A stretch of DNA of 64,000 nt, from NCBI GenBank assembly GCA_043228905.1, contig JBHGNT010000013.1:15996001-16060000 (forward strand), in the 5' to 3' direction. The stretch's first letter is position 1, and each line of letters starts with the position of its first letter. The notes beneath the pieces were generated by a model that saw only the letters and a list, made by a program, of their open reading frames with translations, was not told the origin of the DNA and ran no database searches. A program made the position numbers and the translations under genes. This DNA comes from Azolla caroliniana (taxonomy: Eukaryota; Plantae; Polypodiophyta). This document shows, in pieces, positions 9,901 to 19,382 of this stretch.

Positions 9901-12383
9901 CTGTCTTCTTATTCCCTGATTACACAAAAAATCAGAAAATTCATTGGAGAAATACTCTCCTCCTCCATCAGATCTCAAACATTTTATCCTTGTACCAGCC
10001 TGCTTTTCTACCATGCATTTAAACTTACGAAAACAGTCAAATACTTCACTTTTCTCCTTCATGAAGTACACCCATGTCTTCCGTGAACAATCATCAATAA
10101 ATGTAACATAAAATCTGCATCCACCAATAGATGCATTCTTTGTTGGTCCCCATACATCTGTATGTACCAAATCCAACAGATGTTTGCTTACATGTCTCTC
10201 ATGAGGGAATGGCAACCTGTTTTGCTTACCATATTGACATGCTTCACATACTTTTCCCATTTCACACTTTTTCAAGTTTGGCAGTCCAGCCACTGCATCT
10301 TTTCTCAACATATTCTTTAATGTTTGCATACTTATATGGCCAATCCTTTTATGCCACATTTCCACATCTGAGATTACACTCGTTCCATTTGCAAACATGG
10401 CTAAAAACTGTTTGGGCATTTCTACATCCAAGATAAACATTCTTCCTTGTCTCTTCCCTTTTGCAATGAGCTTCCCATTCTTTTCTATATAGCATCCACT
10501 TTGCTTAAACTTCACTTGCATACCTTGCTCTACTATCTGTCCAACAGAAATCAGATTCTTAGCAAGGTTTGGAACATGCATCACATTCAACATATACTTG
10601 GTTTTTCCTCTTTCTTCCCACAATGGGATATCTCCAACATGTTTTATTTGGTGAGTTGTGTCATCACCTGTTTGTACATAACCAGGAACCTCTGGTTCTC
10701 TTAAACTCTCAAACCAATTTGCATGTCCAGTCATATGGTTAGATGCCCCCGAGTCTACATACCACGTAAACTCTTCATTACATTTCTGTGAGCTTTCAGC
10801 CACTGCTGCTATCTCATGTTGCACTACAAAAACACCTTCCTTTTCACAATCTTCACTAGTAGAGGCATAGTTACTCTGTTGTCCTTTTCCTCTTTTCTCA
10901 TCATTTTGTTTCTTGTAACATTCAGCCTGTGTATGGCCTGGTTTACCACAATACCAGCAGCCATCATCATTTACATAAGTTTGCTTACCTCTACCTCGGT
11001 TGCTCCCCCTGCCTCTGTTGTTGTTTCCTCCTCTATGAGCTTGTTGTCCTCTTCCTTGAAGGCCATTATTATTGGTTCTTCCTGAGCCAAATCTTCCATG
11101 GCCTCTTCCTCGGCCTCTTCCGGCATTATTATAGAGGGCTTGCCCCTCGTTCTCTGAGTTTCCTTTATTTGCATCATCCATCTGATTCCTTTCCTCTACC
11201 ACAAGCATTGAGACCAGATCTGAAAAACTTGGGATACTATCCCTTGTGAGCATAGAAGTTTTAAAACTCTTGTATTGAGGTCCTAAGCCTCTTAAGCATA
11301 TTTCCACTTTGTCATCATCTTCTATCTTCACATTGATAGAAGCAAGTGATTCACATATACTCTTGATTTTTAGGGCATATTCATTTATTGACATCTTACC
11401 TTTCTCCAAGGTATTTAGCTCAGTCTTTAACTGGAGCTTTCTAGCCTTTGTGTTCACTGCAAACAGTTTTACCAAGTTGTCCCAAGCTTCTTTTGGGAGC
11501 ATAGCATCTTGTATATGCCCAAGCATTGAATCTGAGATGTTGAGTGATAGCCAATGCATTACTTTCCTTGCCCCTTGATTCCAATCTTTAAATGCCTTAA
11601 TATGTGCAGCTGTTGCATTCTCTTCTGGGATCTCTGGAGCCTCTTCTAGGTCTCCTTCAATGTAATCCCAGTATCCTTTCCCCATCAGAAAGTTTGTCAT
11701 TCTGAATTTCCACGCCGGGAAATTGTTTTTATCTAATTTCTCTGTGACCATTTGGCCTACATTCTCTGCAGCCATTTTTTTCCTTCCAAAAACTAGGGTT
11801 TTGCTTTAGTTACTTCAACAAGTAACTTTCTGATTTCTGATCAGCAACCAGAGAAATAACTTTCTCAGATTAAGGCACTGCTATACTCTTCCTTACGAGC
11901 TACTCTGCTCTGATACCATGTTAAGAAAACGTGAAGAAGGCACTCGGGCTCTTCTTATGTGCGCGGCGGATCGTAGTGTGCTGGATCGTTAGCGTGCTCT
12001 AAACAGACAGAGAAAGGAAAGGGGACTTACCTCTGTAGTAGCAAAATGGTTTTCTTCTATTACATGTAGAGCTCAACTTGCTCTCATCAGTCTTCTGGTC
12101 TCTCACTCTCTCAGAGTTCTCTACTCACTATATCTCTGTTTTTTCTTACTGCTACCTTCCTATTCACTCTCACTTACTTTTACCTAAGTCATAAGTTATT
12201 ACACATGCAGCTAATTAGCTGCCAGTAGCTAATTAGCTGTCAGTCGCTAAATAGCTGTTCAGTCGCTAATTAGCTGTCCATAGCTAAATAGCTGTTTTAC
12301 CTTTTTGTTCACTAGTAGCTAAATAGCTACTATAGCTTATTTCTCATAAGCATCACATACCATGTTGAGCTTGCTTCTCAACA
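6963..12383 (-). mobile_element. Intact Ty1/Copia LTR retrotransposon (family A)
   Basis: LTRs 6963-7409 and 11919-12383 with TG...CA ends; 5-bp TSD ACTCA (6958-6962, 12384-12388); PBS TGGTATCAGAGC (tRNA-iMet) at 11907-11918; PPT at 7410-7420; uninterrupted ORF. Confidence 0.98.
7450..11775 (-). CDS. Copia gag-pol polyprotein, 1441 aa (gag, zinc knuckle, protease, integrase, RT, RNase H)
   Basis: CWYCGKPGHTQAEC knuckle; WYVDSGAS protease; WHKRIGH...CEAC and DVWGP/RSDGGGE/AER integrase; YVDD RT; DADWAG...EAEY...CDN RNase H. Confidence 0.97.
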   Translation of the reverse strand: MAAENVGQMVTEKLDKNNFPAWKFRMTNFLMGKGYWDYIEGDLEEAPEIPEENATAAHIKAFKDWNQGARKVMHWLSLNISDSMLGHIQDAMLPKEAWDNLVKLFAVNTKARKLQLKTELNTLEKGKMSINEYALKIKSICESLASINVKIEDDDKVEICLRGLGPQYKSFKTSMLTRDSIPSFSDLVSMLVVEERNQMDDANKGNSENEGQALYNNAGRGRGRGHGRFGSGRTNNNGLQGRGQQAHRGGNNNRGRGSNRGRGKQTYVNDDGCWYCGKPGHTQAECYKKQNDEKRGKGQQSNYASTSEDCEKEGVFVVQHEIAAVAESSQKCNEEFTWYVDSGASNHMTGHANWFESLREPEVPGYVQTGDDTTHQIKHVGDIPLWEERGKTKYMLNVMHVPNLAKNLISVGQIVEQGMQVKFKQSGCYIEKNGKLIAKGKRQGRMFILDVEMPKQFLAMFANGTSVISDVEMWHKRIGHISMQTLKNMLRKDAVAGLPNLKKCEMGKVCEACQYGKQNRLPFPHERHVSKHLLDLVHTDVWGPTKNASIGGCRFYVTFIDDCSRKTWVYFMKEKSEVFDCFRKFKCMVEKQAGTRIKCLRSDGGGEYFSNEFSDFLCNQGIRRQFTCRYTPQQNGVAERKNRTLVNIARAMMTEKNMPLYYWAEAVNTTNYILNRCITSGVHEATPEECFYGRKPSLQHLKVFGCLAYVHVPAEVRSKLDPKAEKCIFVGYSEEQKGYRCYNPVTKKIVTSRDVMFDELASWYSPKQNPETDEDNEIEDKDKSENVEDCHRDGSKVGQQSPTSTECSGPSKSSDGKSDSNSWSGKTGQKKSDDKKGKQKMPEYEIPDDQSKNMEDEDSDMSLDDFLGIQEMKIPGMEKAIKNANQKLRRSDREKKTVERFGYDTYMAMHYAYMSKVVQIPDPNSFEEAKFEKKWMDAMQEEIDALAENKTWDLVKLPKEKNVVGCKWVYKTKHDSNGNVSRHKARLVAKGYAQMQGIDYDETFAPVAKMATLRTLLAVGAARKWILHHMDVKNAFLHGNLEEEVYMSQPPGFEDKKHPDYVCKLEKALYGLKQAPRAWHRELSDSLKNLGFKMSKVDPSLYVKSENDCIVIILIYVDDLIIGGDSVDEIRKLKKNLEMQFHMKDLGDLRYFLGIEIIRSESGICMLQKQYATTMLKKYGMLGCKPIAVPLDKNCKLRADLGAKIEDVNMYRSMVGSLIYLTITRPDLSYAVGLVSQFMQQPTKPHLDCIRRILRYVKATQNFGLFYRADLDINLEGYTDADWAGSQTDRRSTSGYMFTLGSAGISWSSKKQATVALSSTEAEYRGAAIATCEEVWIRRLLADLGVYIDGVVTIWCDNMSSIQLAKNPVFHARTKHIEVHYHFVREKVMEGEVDLVYVNTNQQVADILTKGLSVEKHTQFRNMMGVVNIDEMAKKQNGKED

Positions 12384-12469
12384 ACTCACACCCTTTCCTG
12401 TCTGTCCACATGCACACACATTTGCATGTGTTCACATATGCATATACTATCACATACACTTTCAGTCGT

Positions 12470-12681
12470 TCTCGTGCACATTACACATTCACACAACAAC
12501 ACTTTAGTCTTTCACCCCCACTCATAACACTTATAAATCGCCATACATCTCGTATGGTAACAATTACTCAATGGATCTCGTGCACATTATACATTCACAA
12601 AACAACACTTTAGTCTTTCACCGCCACTCATAACACTTATAAATCTCTGTACATCTCGTACGGTAAGAACTACTCAATGGA
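12470..12681. repeat. Tandem duplication, two units of about 105 bp
   Basis: TCTCGTGCACATTA...CACTTTAGTCTTTCAC...TACTCAATGGA occurs twice in succession. Confidence 0.8.
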
Positions 12682-12879
12682 CGTATTCCTTTAAAGATTC
12701 GACATTCTGTATGTGAACAATAGTTGGTAAGGTCCTAGCAAGATGCATTCTCTTTTTTTGAATGGGCACCATTAAGTGATCGAGAATTTTGTAATTCATT
12801 ACAAAATGAATTTGCTCGTTTCTCTCTCTTGAGTCTTGTGTTGGCATGTCAAAGAGAGGTTGATGAAACACTAATAGTT

Positions 12880-13420
12880 TTGAGATGATGGAGCTTGATG
12901 GCAACCGTGAATTTGCAACTGTTGTTGTTTATCTAAACCAGTTTTTTGCGGAGGGAGAGTGATTGCATTTCATTCATTGGGACTTCCAAAAGTTTGCAAA
13001 AAGAAAGTCACAAAAAGAAACATGGATGTTTTGATAAAACACTAATAGTTTTGAGATGATGGAGCTTGATGGCATTTGTAAATTTGCAACTGTTGTTGGT
13101 TATCTAAACCAGATTTTTGCCGAGGGAGAGTGATTGCATTTCATTCATTGGGACTTCCAAAAGTTTGCAAATATTTACGAAAGAAAAAATTGTATTGACA
13201 GCTTCGATCAGAAAAATGTTGCTCAATATGCTTATGGCTTGGCTGCCTTAGGTCATCGGTTATTCTCCTTGGGCCTATAAGATATTCCCAAGGATTGATT
13301 CACACAGCAGTATAGCAGATGCTCTGATGGATATGGATCAAAATATGGGAGATGCATTGACATCACAATATGGTGGAACTGTTGCTCATAATATTGTTTT
13401 TGTTGAGAGATATGGAAGGT
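12880..13420 (+). pseudogene. Decayed fragment of a SAC-domain phosphoinositide phosphatase (plant SAC1-5/FIG4 type), first part duplicated
   Basis: Hand translation EFATVVVYLNQFFAEGE*LHFIHWDFQKFAK (twice, near-identical) then NCIDSFDQKNVAQYAYGLAALG and DALMDMDQNMGDALTSQYGGTVAHN, matching the RTNCIDCLDRTNVAQ and GD.LA.QYGGS.AH SAC motifs. Confidence 0.85.
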
Positions 13421-13654
13421 AAACCCTCACTTTGGGAGTTGGATTCTAATTATTCCTTACATGTTGGGAGTAATGGTGATGATTCACATGCATATGATGC
13501 TTGGTATAAGAAGTATATTTTGTTTTGAAAAATAAAAAATAAACTCAAGTTGTAGCCTTCGGGTGTTTTTCCTTAATATTACTGAAGAAAATCTTTGAAG
13601 GAAAAAAAAGAAAAGAAAAGAGAGGTTGAGATCTCAATTCAATCGGTTATTTTG

Positions 13655-14552
13655 ATTGGGGGTTGTACATTTGGGAGGTGTGGTTGCTAATGGATCTCAA
13701 AGGTTGTGGGAATTCAAAGATGCCAAAAGATGGTTATGTATTCCCCCAAATTATGAATTTGTAACCATGTTGCATGGATCGTTGCCATTGAAAACAAATG
13801 TTGCAGCTTGGGTGGATTAGTGGTTAAAGGATGGTACATGCTTATTACATGTCACTACAATATATTGTATCATTATGCAATGACATCATTATCTTGGCTA
13901 TCTCCTAAAGCAAAAAAGGGTGCCGAATGTATGTGAGTCGAATGCAAGGTGGTGGCAAATATTACAACATGGTTGGCATTCCCATTTGCTATTTCGTGCA
14001 AAGATATTCATATGGAGAGTCATGATGGGTGGGCTCCCATTAGGTTCAACCTTAAAGAGACGATGACTAGGGTAAGTACGTGCTTCTTTTGCACCATTCT
14101 ATTGGAGGATAGTACACATAGGTTCATTAAATGCCTTATAGTGTGTATCATTTGGAAGTACTTATTGGACATTTGGCAAGTTTTAACCCGTTGTTATTTG
14201 AGGCCTCAACAATGGGTTTTTTCTCAGTATGTTCAAAATTGTCCAAATGATGAGCTGGATATATTTTTCCAATTTTTCGATATTGGGGACTACAACACAA
14301 TTGGAATATGCACAATGCTTTCATATTTGATAGTAGACATGGGGGTGAAAGCCTATATGAAGTAGTTGAAAGGTATTGTTATGTGGAATTTCTAGACATT
14401 AGAGTATGTGGGGATCATATCCTCAAGGGCATACTCTAGTTTTCGAGTGGTGTTACAAGACATCCCTCTCCTTACATAGGATTGGTAGGTAGAGGAGACT
14501 TAGAAGTGTTGTAACAATGGATTTTACATACAATTAATACAATTGTGTGTTG
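13655..14552 (+). mobile_element. L1-type LINE 3' fragment, same subfamily as 1398-2395
   Basis: Clear nucleotide similarity to 1470-2380; CFFC...EDSTHRFIKC motif; ends AATTGTGTGTT followed by (GA)n. Confidence 0.82.
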
Positions 14553-15859
14553 AGAGAGAGAGTTTTTCTTATTGATTGGACCAAGCTGAAACATTTTCAT
14601 GGAGTGTGTGAGGAATTGATAAATGACGAGTCTCTATGTTCAAGATTTTTATTGATGAAAGTGGGAAGTGGAAGTTGTGATTGAGAAGGATATGTGAGAG
14701 TGCGTGTGAGAGTTACGACATCTCAAAGGGTTTCCATTGCCACAAGATTTTCTTTATTGTAGTGATAACAAAGTTGTTTTCTTTTCAAGATAGAAAGAAA
14801 GGTACATATATTAATATCTTTGAATAGGCCAAAATGGCCTAAAAGACCAAACAAGAGATTAATTACATCTTAAATGTTATATTTGTCTTTGAGAAATATA
14901 ACATTTTCACATTGTACATGTGAAAGTTGGTAGGACTCGCGATGTTTAAGAACTTGATTAATGAATGTTGCAATCGAGAGTGCACACCATGATTATGAGA
15001 GAAATTCGTGCAAGGATTAGGTTTAGTTGAAGATGTGTGGAAAGAATAGTTAGATGTGATCAAAGGCAAAGCATTGTATCAAAGTATGATACTCATACTC
15101 TTGAACTTGTCTAGGGCAACATGTGCATAGTCGATTCCTATCATCACTTTAGCCCCAATGCATGTCTCACATTGTAGTGAATATGAGCTATGTCACATGG
15201 AAGCAATGGTTCAGACAATAGTCAACGAGATAGACTCTAACATGTATTAATTAATGTGTGCAACTTCCTCGTTTGGCGAAGAACTTGGTTTTGTAGTTAG
15301 GTGCAACATATTTAAAATAATGTGTGAGTGTGAGCTTCCACATTGGTGTTGCAAAAAGGCCTCATTCACAACAAAAATTGTTGATGCATCACAAGTGTGT
15401 TGCATCCCATCTTCCGCACTCAAACTTCTCACAAAAGCATAACAGAGATGTAATATAAGATTCAATGAAAAACTCACGATTGACCTAATGAAAAAAAAGA
15501 CAATACCATAGACACATGTCATATGCACCAAATTTAAGGAAAAAATAAGAGATTATAGATGAATTTACATGAGCACGTTATGTAGAGCATAGAATTAATG
15601 TTAAGTTGTCGTCATGTTCACTCATGTCATCAATGCCCAAGAATAGACAATGGTACAGACAACTTTTTATGAATATTATATTGATAAGCAAACTCCATCC
15701 TTAATAAGTCAAGTAATTAGAGTGTCATAAGCTATGGAAAAGATGAGTCTATGCACACAACTTCGTACTTGCATATATACAACTCACGACAACAATAATG
15801 TCTAAATTGTAGTCAATGTGCCTCCGTATAAGATGGAGCTATCGAATCCCTTTTAGGAT

Positions 15860-17035
15860 TTGTATATATGCACTTTTTAAGTAACATGGGGGTCAAGCAA
15901 GGATGTCCACTATCACCCACTCTTTGGCTTATGTATTAATAAATTAGAAGAAGTGGTGAATAAGGTTGCAAGAGAAGAAGGATTAAATGCCCCCAAATTG
16001 ATGCAACATGTTATCTTATTGCTTCTATGTGCAGATGATGTGGTACTCTTATCATATGATGTTGATAGTATGCAACATTTACTTGGGGTATTAAAAGAAT
16101 TTTTCCATAGTAGTGGACTAGCAGTGAATGTGGAGAAAACAAAGATGATGGTAGTGCAAACCATCCAACCTCATCATTACCTATATCATATATAGAGGTG
16201 AGCATATACAATTTGTTAGCATATAAAATTTGTTCGAAGCTTTAAATATCTTGGTATTGACGTACCCGCCACAAATAAATGGAGTGCATGCTTTAATTCT
16301 AGGCTCCAAGCCGGTTGGAAACCATATTACCCTTTGGAGAACCAATGCAACCAAAGTGATACTTGTGGATGGGAAGTAAAACTAATGTTATTCAATGTCA
16401 TGGTAACTCAAGTATTGCTTTATGGGGTAGAAGTATGGGGTGGCACCATCTCTCTTAATGCATGGAATGAGATTGAGAAAATTCAAAATATGTTTTTAAG
16501 GAGGCAATTAGGAGTTAAATGCACTATCTCTTACCAAGTTATGCCTTTGGAAATAGGTGTTCGACCCATAGAAATATTGGCACTCCAAAGAGTATATAAA
16601 TACATTACAAAAGTAAAGAATACGCCAAATCATCAATTACCACATCTTGCTTGGAATGTTGGATGTAAGCTACAAGAGAATCATAAAAGTAAGATTCTCT
16701 CATATGGTTGGGTTATTGACATAAGAAAATGGTTTAGAAGATGGGGTGTGAATGATCTTTTAGAGCTTTCAAGCAATGCTATGCATTATGTAATGATTGA
16801 GGAAAGGTTGGTGGAATCATTAAGGATAAAGTGGGAAGATGCTAAAGCTAGAATACTACATTGCAAATGTCAACCCTAAATGGTGGTCTCAATATAAAGC
16901 AAGAATGCCTATAGATCGTATCCAACTGTATCTCATTACCAATATGAGTACTAATACTCGTAGGTCACTTACACTACTTCACATTCGATCTCACAAGTTA
17001 GGTATTAATATGAGTAGCAATACGATCTCGTAGAA
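15860..17035 (+). mobile_element. 5'-truncated RTE-superfamily (RTEX-like) LINE remnant
   Basis: GVKQGCPLSPTLFGL, ADD, GLAVNVEKTKMM, FKYLG, YGVEVWG, IEKIQ..FLRRQLGV and C-terminal RSHKL motifs; frameshifted. Confidence 0.8.
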
Positions 17036-18368
17036 TAGGAAGTTGAATTTCCATGCCATTCTCACCGGTGCTAATGTTAGACTCATGCGTTTTCTACCTT
17101 TAAATCATCAGATTTCCAATCCTCATAAGTGTATCTTCCACCTTTAAGTCATCAGGTTTCCAACAATCTTCATGCCCTTTCAAATCTTTTTCCAAACCTT
17201 CAATCTTCAGTGAGAAATTTGATCCAATAACCACACAATTCAAATTGGATGGTGAGCTTCAATTCTTAATATCCCTTGTATTCATCATTATCACGTCATC
17301 AACACAGCCAAAAAAGCATTTCAAAAGCTCCTATCCTCCGTCTTATAAGGAGTTAAAGCACCATTTCTCTTGCTATTTTCATTCAAGTGAACATGTGCAA
17401 GCCCTAAGGATGCATGCTTCTGTTTATCCTGAAGTCAATCAGATATATATGTATATATATAAATTCTTTTTCATGCCAAGATCAACATTTCTTTCATGCA
17501 AATATCCTTTGATGGTAGAATTAAGGGCCCGCTATTAATATCCGATCTTTGTGAACAATTTCCCATAAAACTACAAGTGAAAGCATGTGTGCTAACATTA
17601 TAGACACATTTCTACACTTGGAATGGAGTGAAATTTTCAGTATCAATTTGAAACACTATTTATAAATACTGTTTCATATTGTGAAATGCGCATAAATGGA
17701 ATCCAAACCAGCTTGCTTAGCTTCTTACTTCCTATTCAATTTATAGTTGTACAAAGGTACCCATTTGGGTTGGCTTTACTTAGCCACATGCGTCCTAACA
17801 AGGGTATGCTAAAAGGGTGGCTCAACAGAACACATGTTCACCATAGCATGAAGGCATGCATGCTAAACAAGGGTATGCTAAAAGGGGCACAAAGGAACAC
17901 ATGCACACCCAACATGAAGGCATGCACTTGCATCCAAGGGACACCACAATATATTGGTTTGTACATCAGCAAGTTGGTTTGTTCTCCTCTCATGGGCAAA
18001 AAACAAATGGATTTTGACATCTTGGAGGCCTCTATTAGAATTCTCCTATATTTGGTCATGCACTAAAAGCAAGCACTTGAACACACATGCATACGTAAAA
18101 ATATTCCACTTCAACAAACACACACTTTATATCCCATGTGCAGGCAAGATATATATTTTCAAATCTCGCATCTCTCAATTACTACTTTGCAAAATAAACA
18201 TATACTTGCACACAACTCTTGTGTGCACAGATAAAATATTGATTTCCACACATTTGCTCTCCATTAGAACCCCTGATTCCTTTACTACTGACAATAAACA
18301 TGTACATGTACATACACACATTACTCTATGACATGTGTAAAAATATATCTGGATCTTCGAGCTCTCCA

Positions 18369-18944
18369 TTACAATGGTTGCCTTCCTTTACCATTCATAT
18401 TTTTCTCCCTCTCTACTGTGACACCTAAAGGATTGGTTTCGAAAGAATCCAAGTAGTCTTGCATGCTCTTACCTATGGAAGAAACTTCCTTCCCTTTCTT
18501 GCTTTTGACGCTACCAGAATTTCTTCGGAGGGGTCGAGAAGGAGAAGAAGAGGAACCAAAGACAGATCTACCTACATCAAAATGAGGCTTGAAATCGTCT
18601 TGATTCTGATCTTTCTCCTCTTCATTCGTCGGCGTTAATCGAGGGCCATCTTTGTGATCCCATAGATCTTCTGCAATATCATGCTTCCTGAATCGGGTCG
18701 AGAGAGCCGAGATTTGCTTCTGGATGGAGGATGCGGGGAGAGGAGGGGGGAAAGTTGTGAGCTTCTCCCATGGCTGCTGGAGTTCCGGGTGGGCGGCCAG
18801 GACCTCGGCTCGCTCCCTCATCTCGAACACGCGCCTCTGCCTCTCCAGATGCCGCTTCTGGGATTCCTCCCGCTTCTTCACTAGCATGCGTTTCCACTGC
18901 CACTTCGTTACTCCTCCGGGGAAGGTGCGAGGCCCCCCACCCAT
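18369..18944 (-). CDS. 191-aa protein with the MGGGPRTFPGG-KWQWKRM domain shared with the N-terminus of organellar DEAD-box helicases RH33/RH48; no helicase core
   Basis: Intact single-exon ORF; motifs MGGGPRTFPGGVTKWQWKRM, EMRERAE...PWE, L..RF...DLW...DGP; in-frame TGA 7 codons upstream of the ATG. Confidence 0.82.
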   Translation of the reverse strand: MGGGPRTFPGGVTKWQWKRMLVKKREESQKRHLERQRRVFEMRERAEVLAAHPELQQPWEKLTTFPPPLPASSIQKQISALSTRFRKHDIAEDLWDHKDGPRLTPTNEEEKDQNQDDFKPHFDVGRSVFGSSSSPSRPLRRNSGSVKSKKGKEVSSIGKSMQDYLDSFETNPLGVTVEREKNMNGKGRQPL

Positions 18945-19079
18945 TCGCGTTTCTTGAGCAATTCAAAGGCGCTCTGTTCTCTTCTCTTCTCTTCTCTGAA
19001 CTCTTCTCTTCTCTGTCTCTGCAGACTCTGTGTCTGTGTCTTCTTCTTCTTCTGCTTCTGCTTCTGCTTCTGTGTCGTG

Positions 19080-19382
19080 TCTGCTTCTGCTTCTCTTTGT
19101 GTCTCAGTTAGTCCCTCACTCTCTCGAATTATGGACATGTCCGTTTTCACACTACCACAATGGCCGGACATGTGTGGACGGCAGAGACGGACATTCATAT
19201 CCACACAATCATATCCGGTGTTCTCTTCTGTTCTCTTCTTTGTGTCTATGTCTACTTCTGCTTTTGCTTCTCTTTGTGTCTCAGTTAGTCCCTCACTCTC
19301 TCGAATTATGGGCATGTCCGTTTCACACTACCACAATGCCCAGACATGTGTGGACGGGAGAGACGGACAATCATATCCGGTG
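19080..19382. repeat. Direct repeat, two copies of about 130-140 bp, upstream of the MGGG gene
   Basis: GCTTCTCTTTGTGTCTCAGTTAGTCCCTCACTCTCTCGAATTATGG...ATCATATCCGGTG at about 19080-19220 and 19260-19382. Confidence 0.85.

Noticed and set aside
7438-11578. Many plus-strand ORFs of 60-210 aa
   Set aside because: Antisense shadows of the Copia polyprotein with no recognisable motifs
14860-15850. Minus-strand coding-like remnant (ORF 15247-15531)
   Set aside because: No motif I can assign; probably decayed transposon sequence
17795-17890. Short direct repeat AACAAGGGTATGCTAAAAGGG, CRISPR-like at first sight
   Set aside because: Only two copies, eukaryotic context, no cas genes; a local duplication downstream of the MGGG gene
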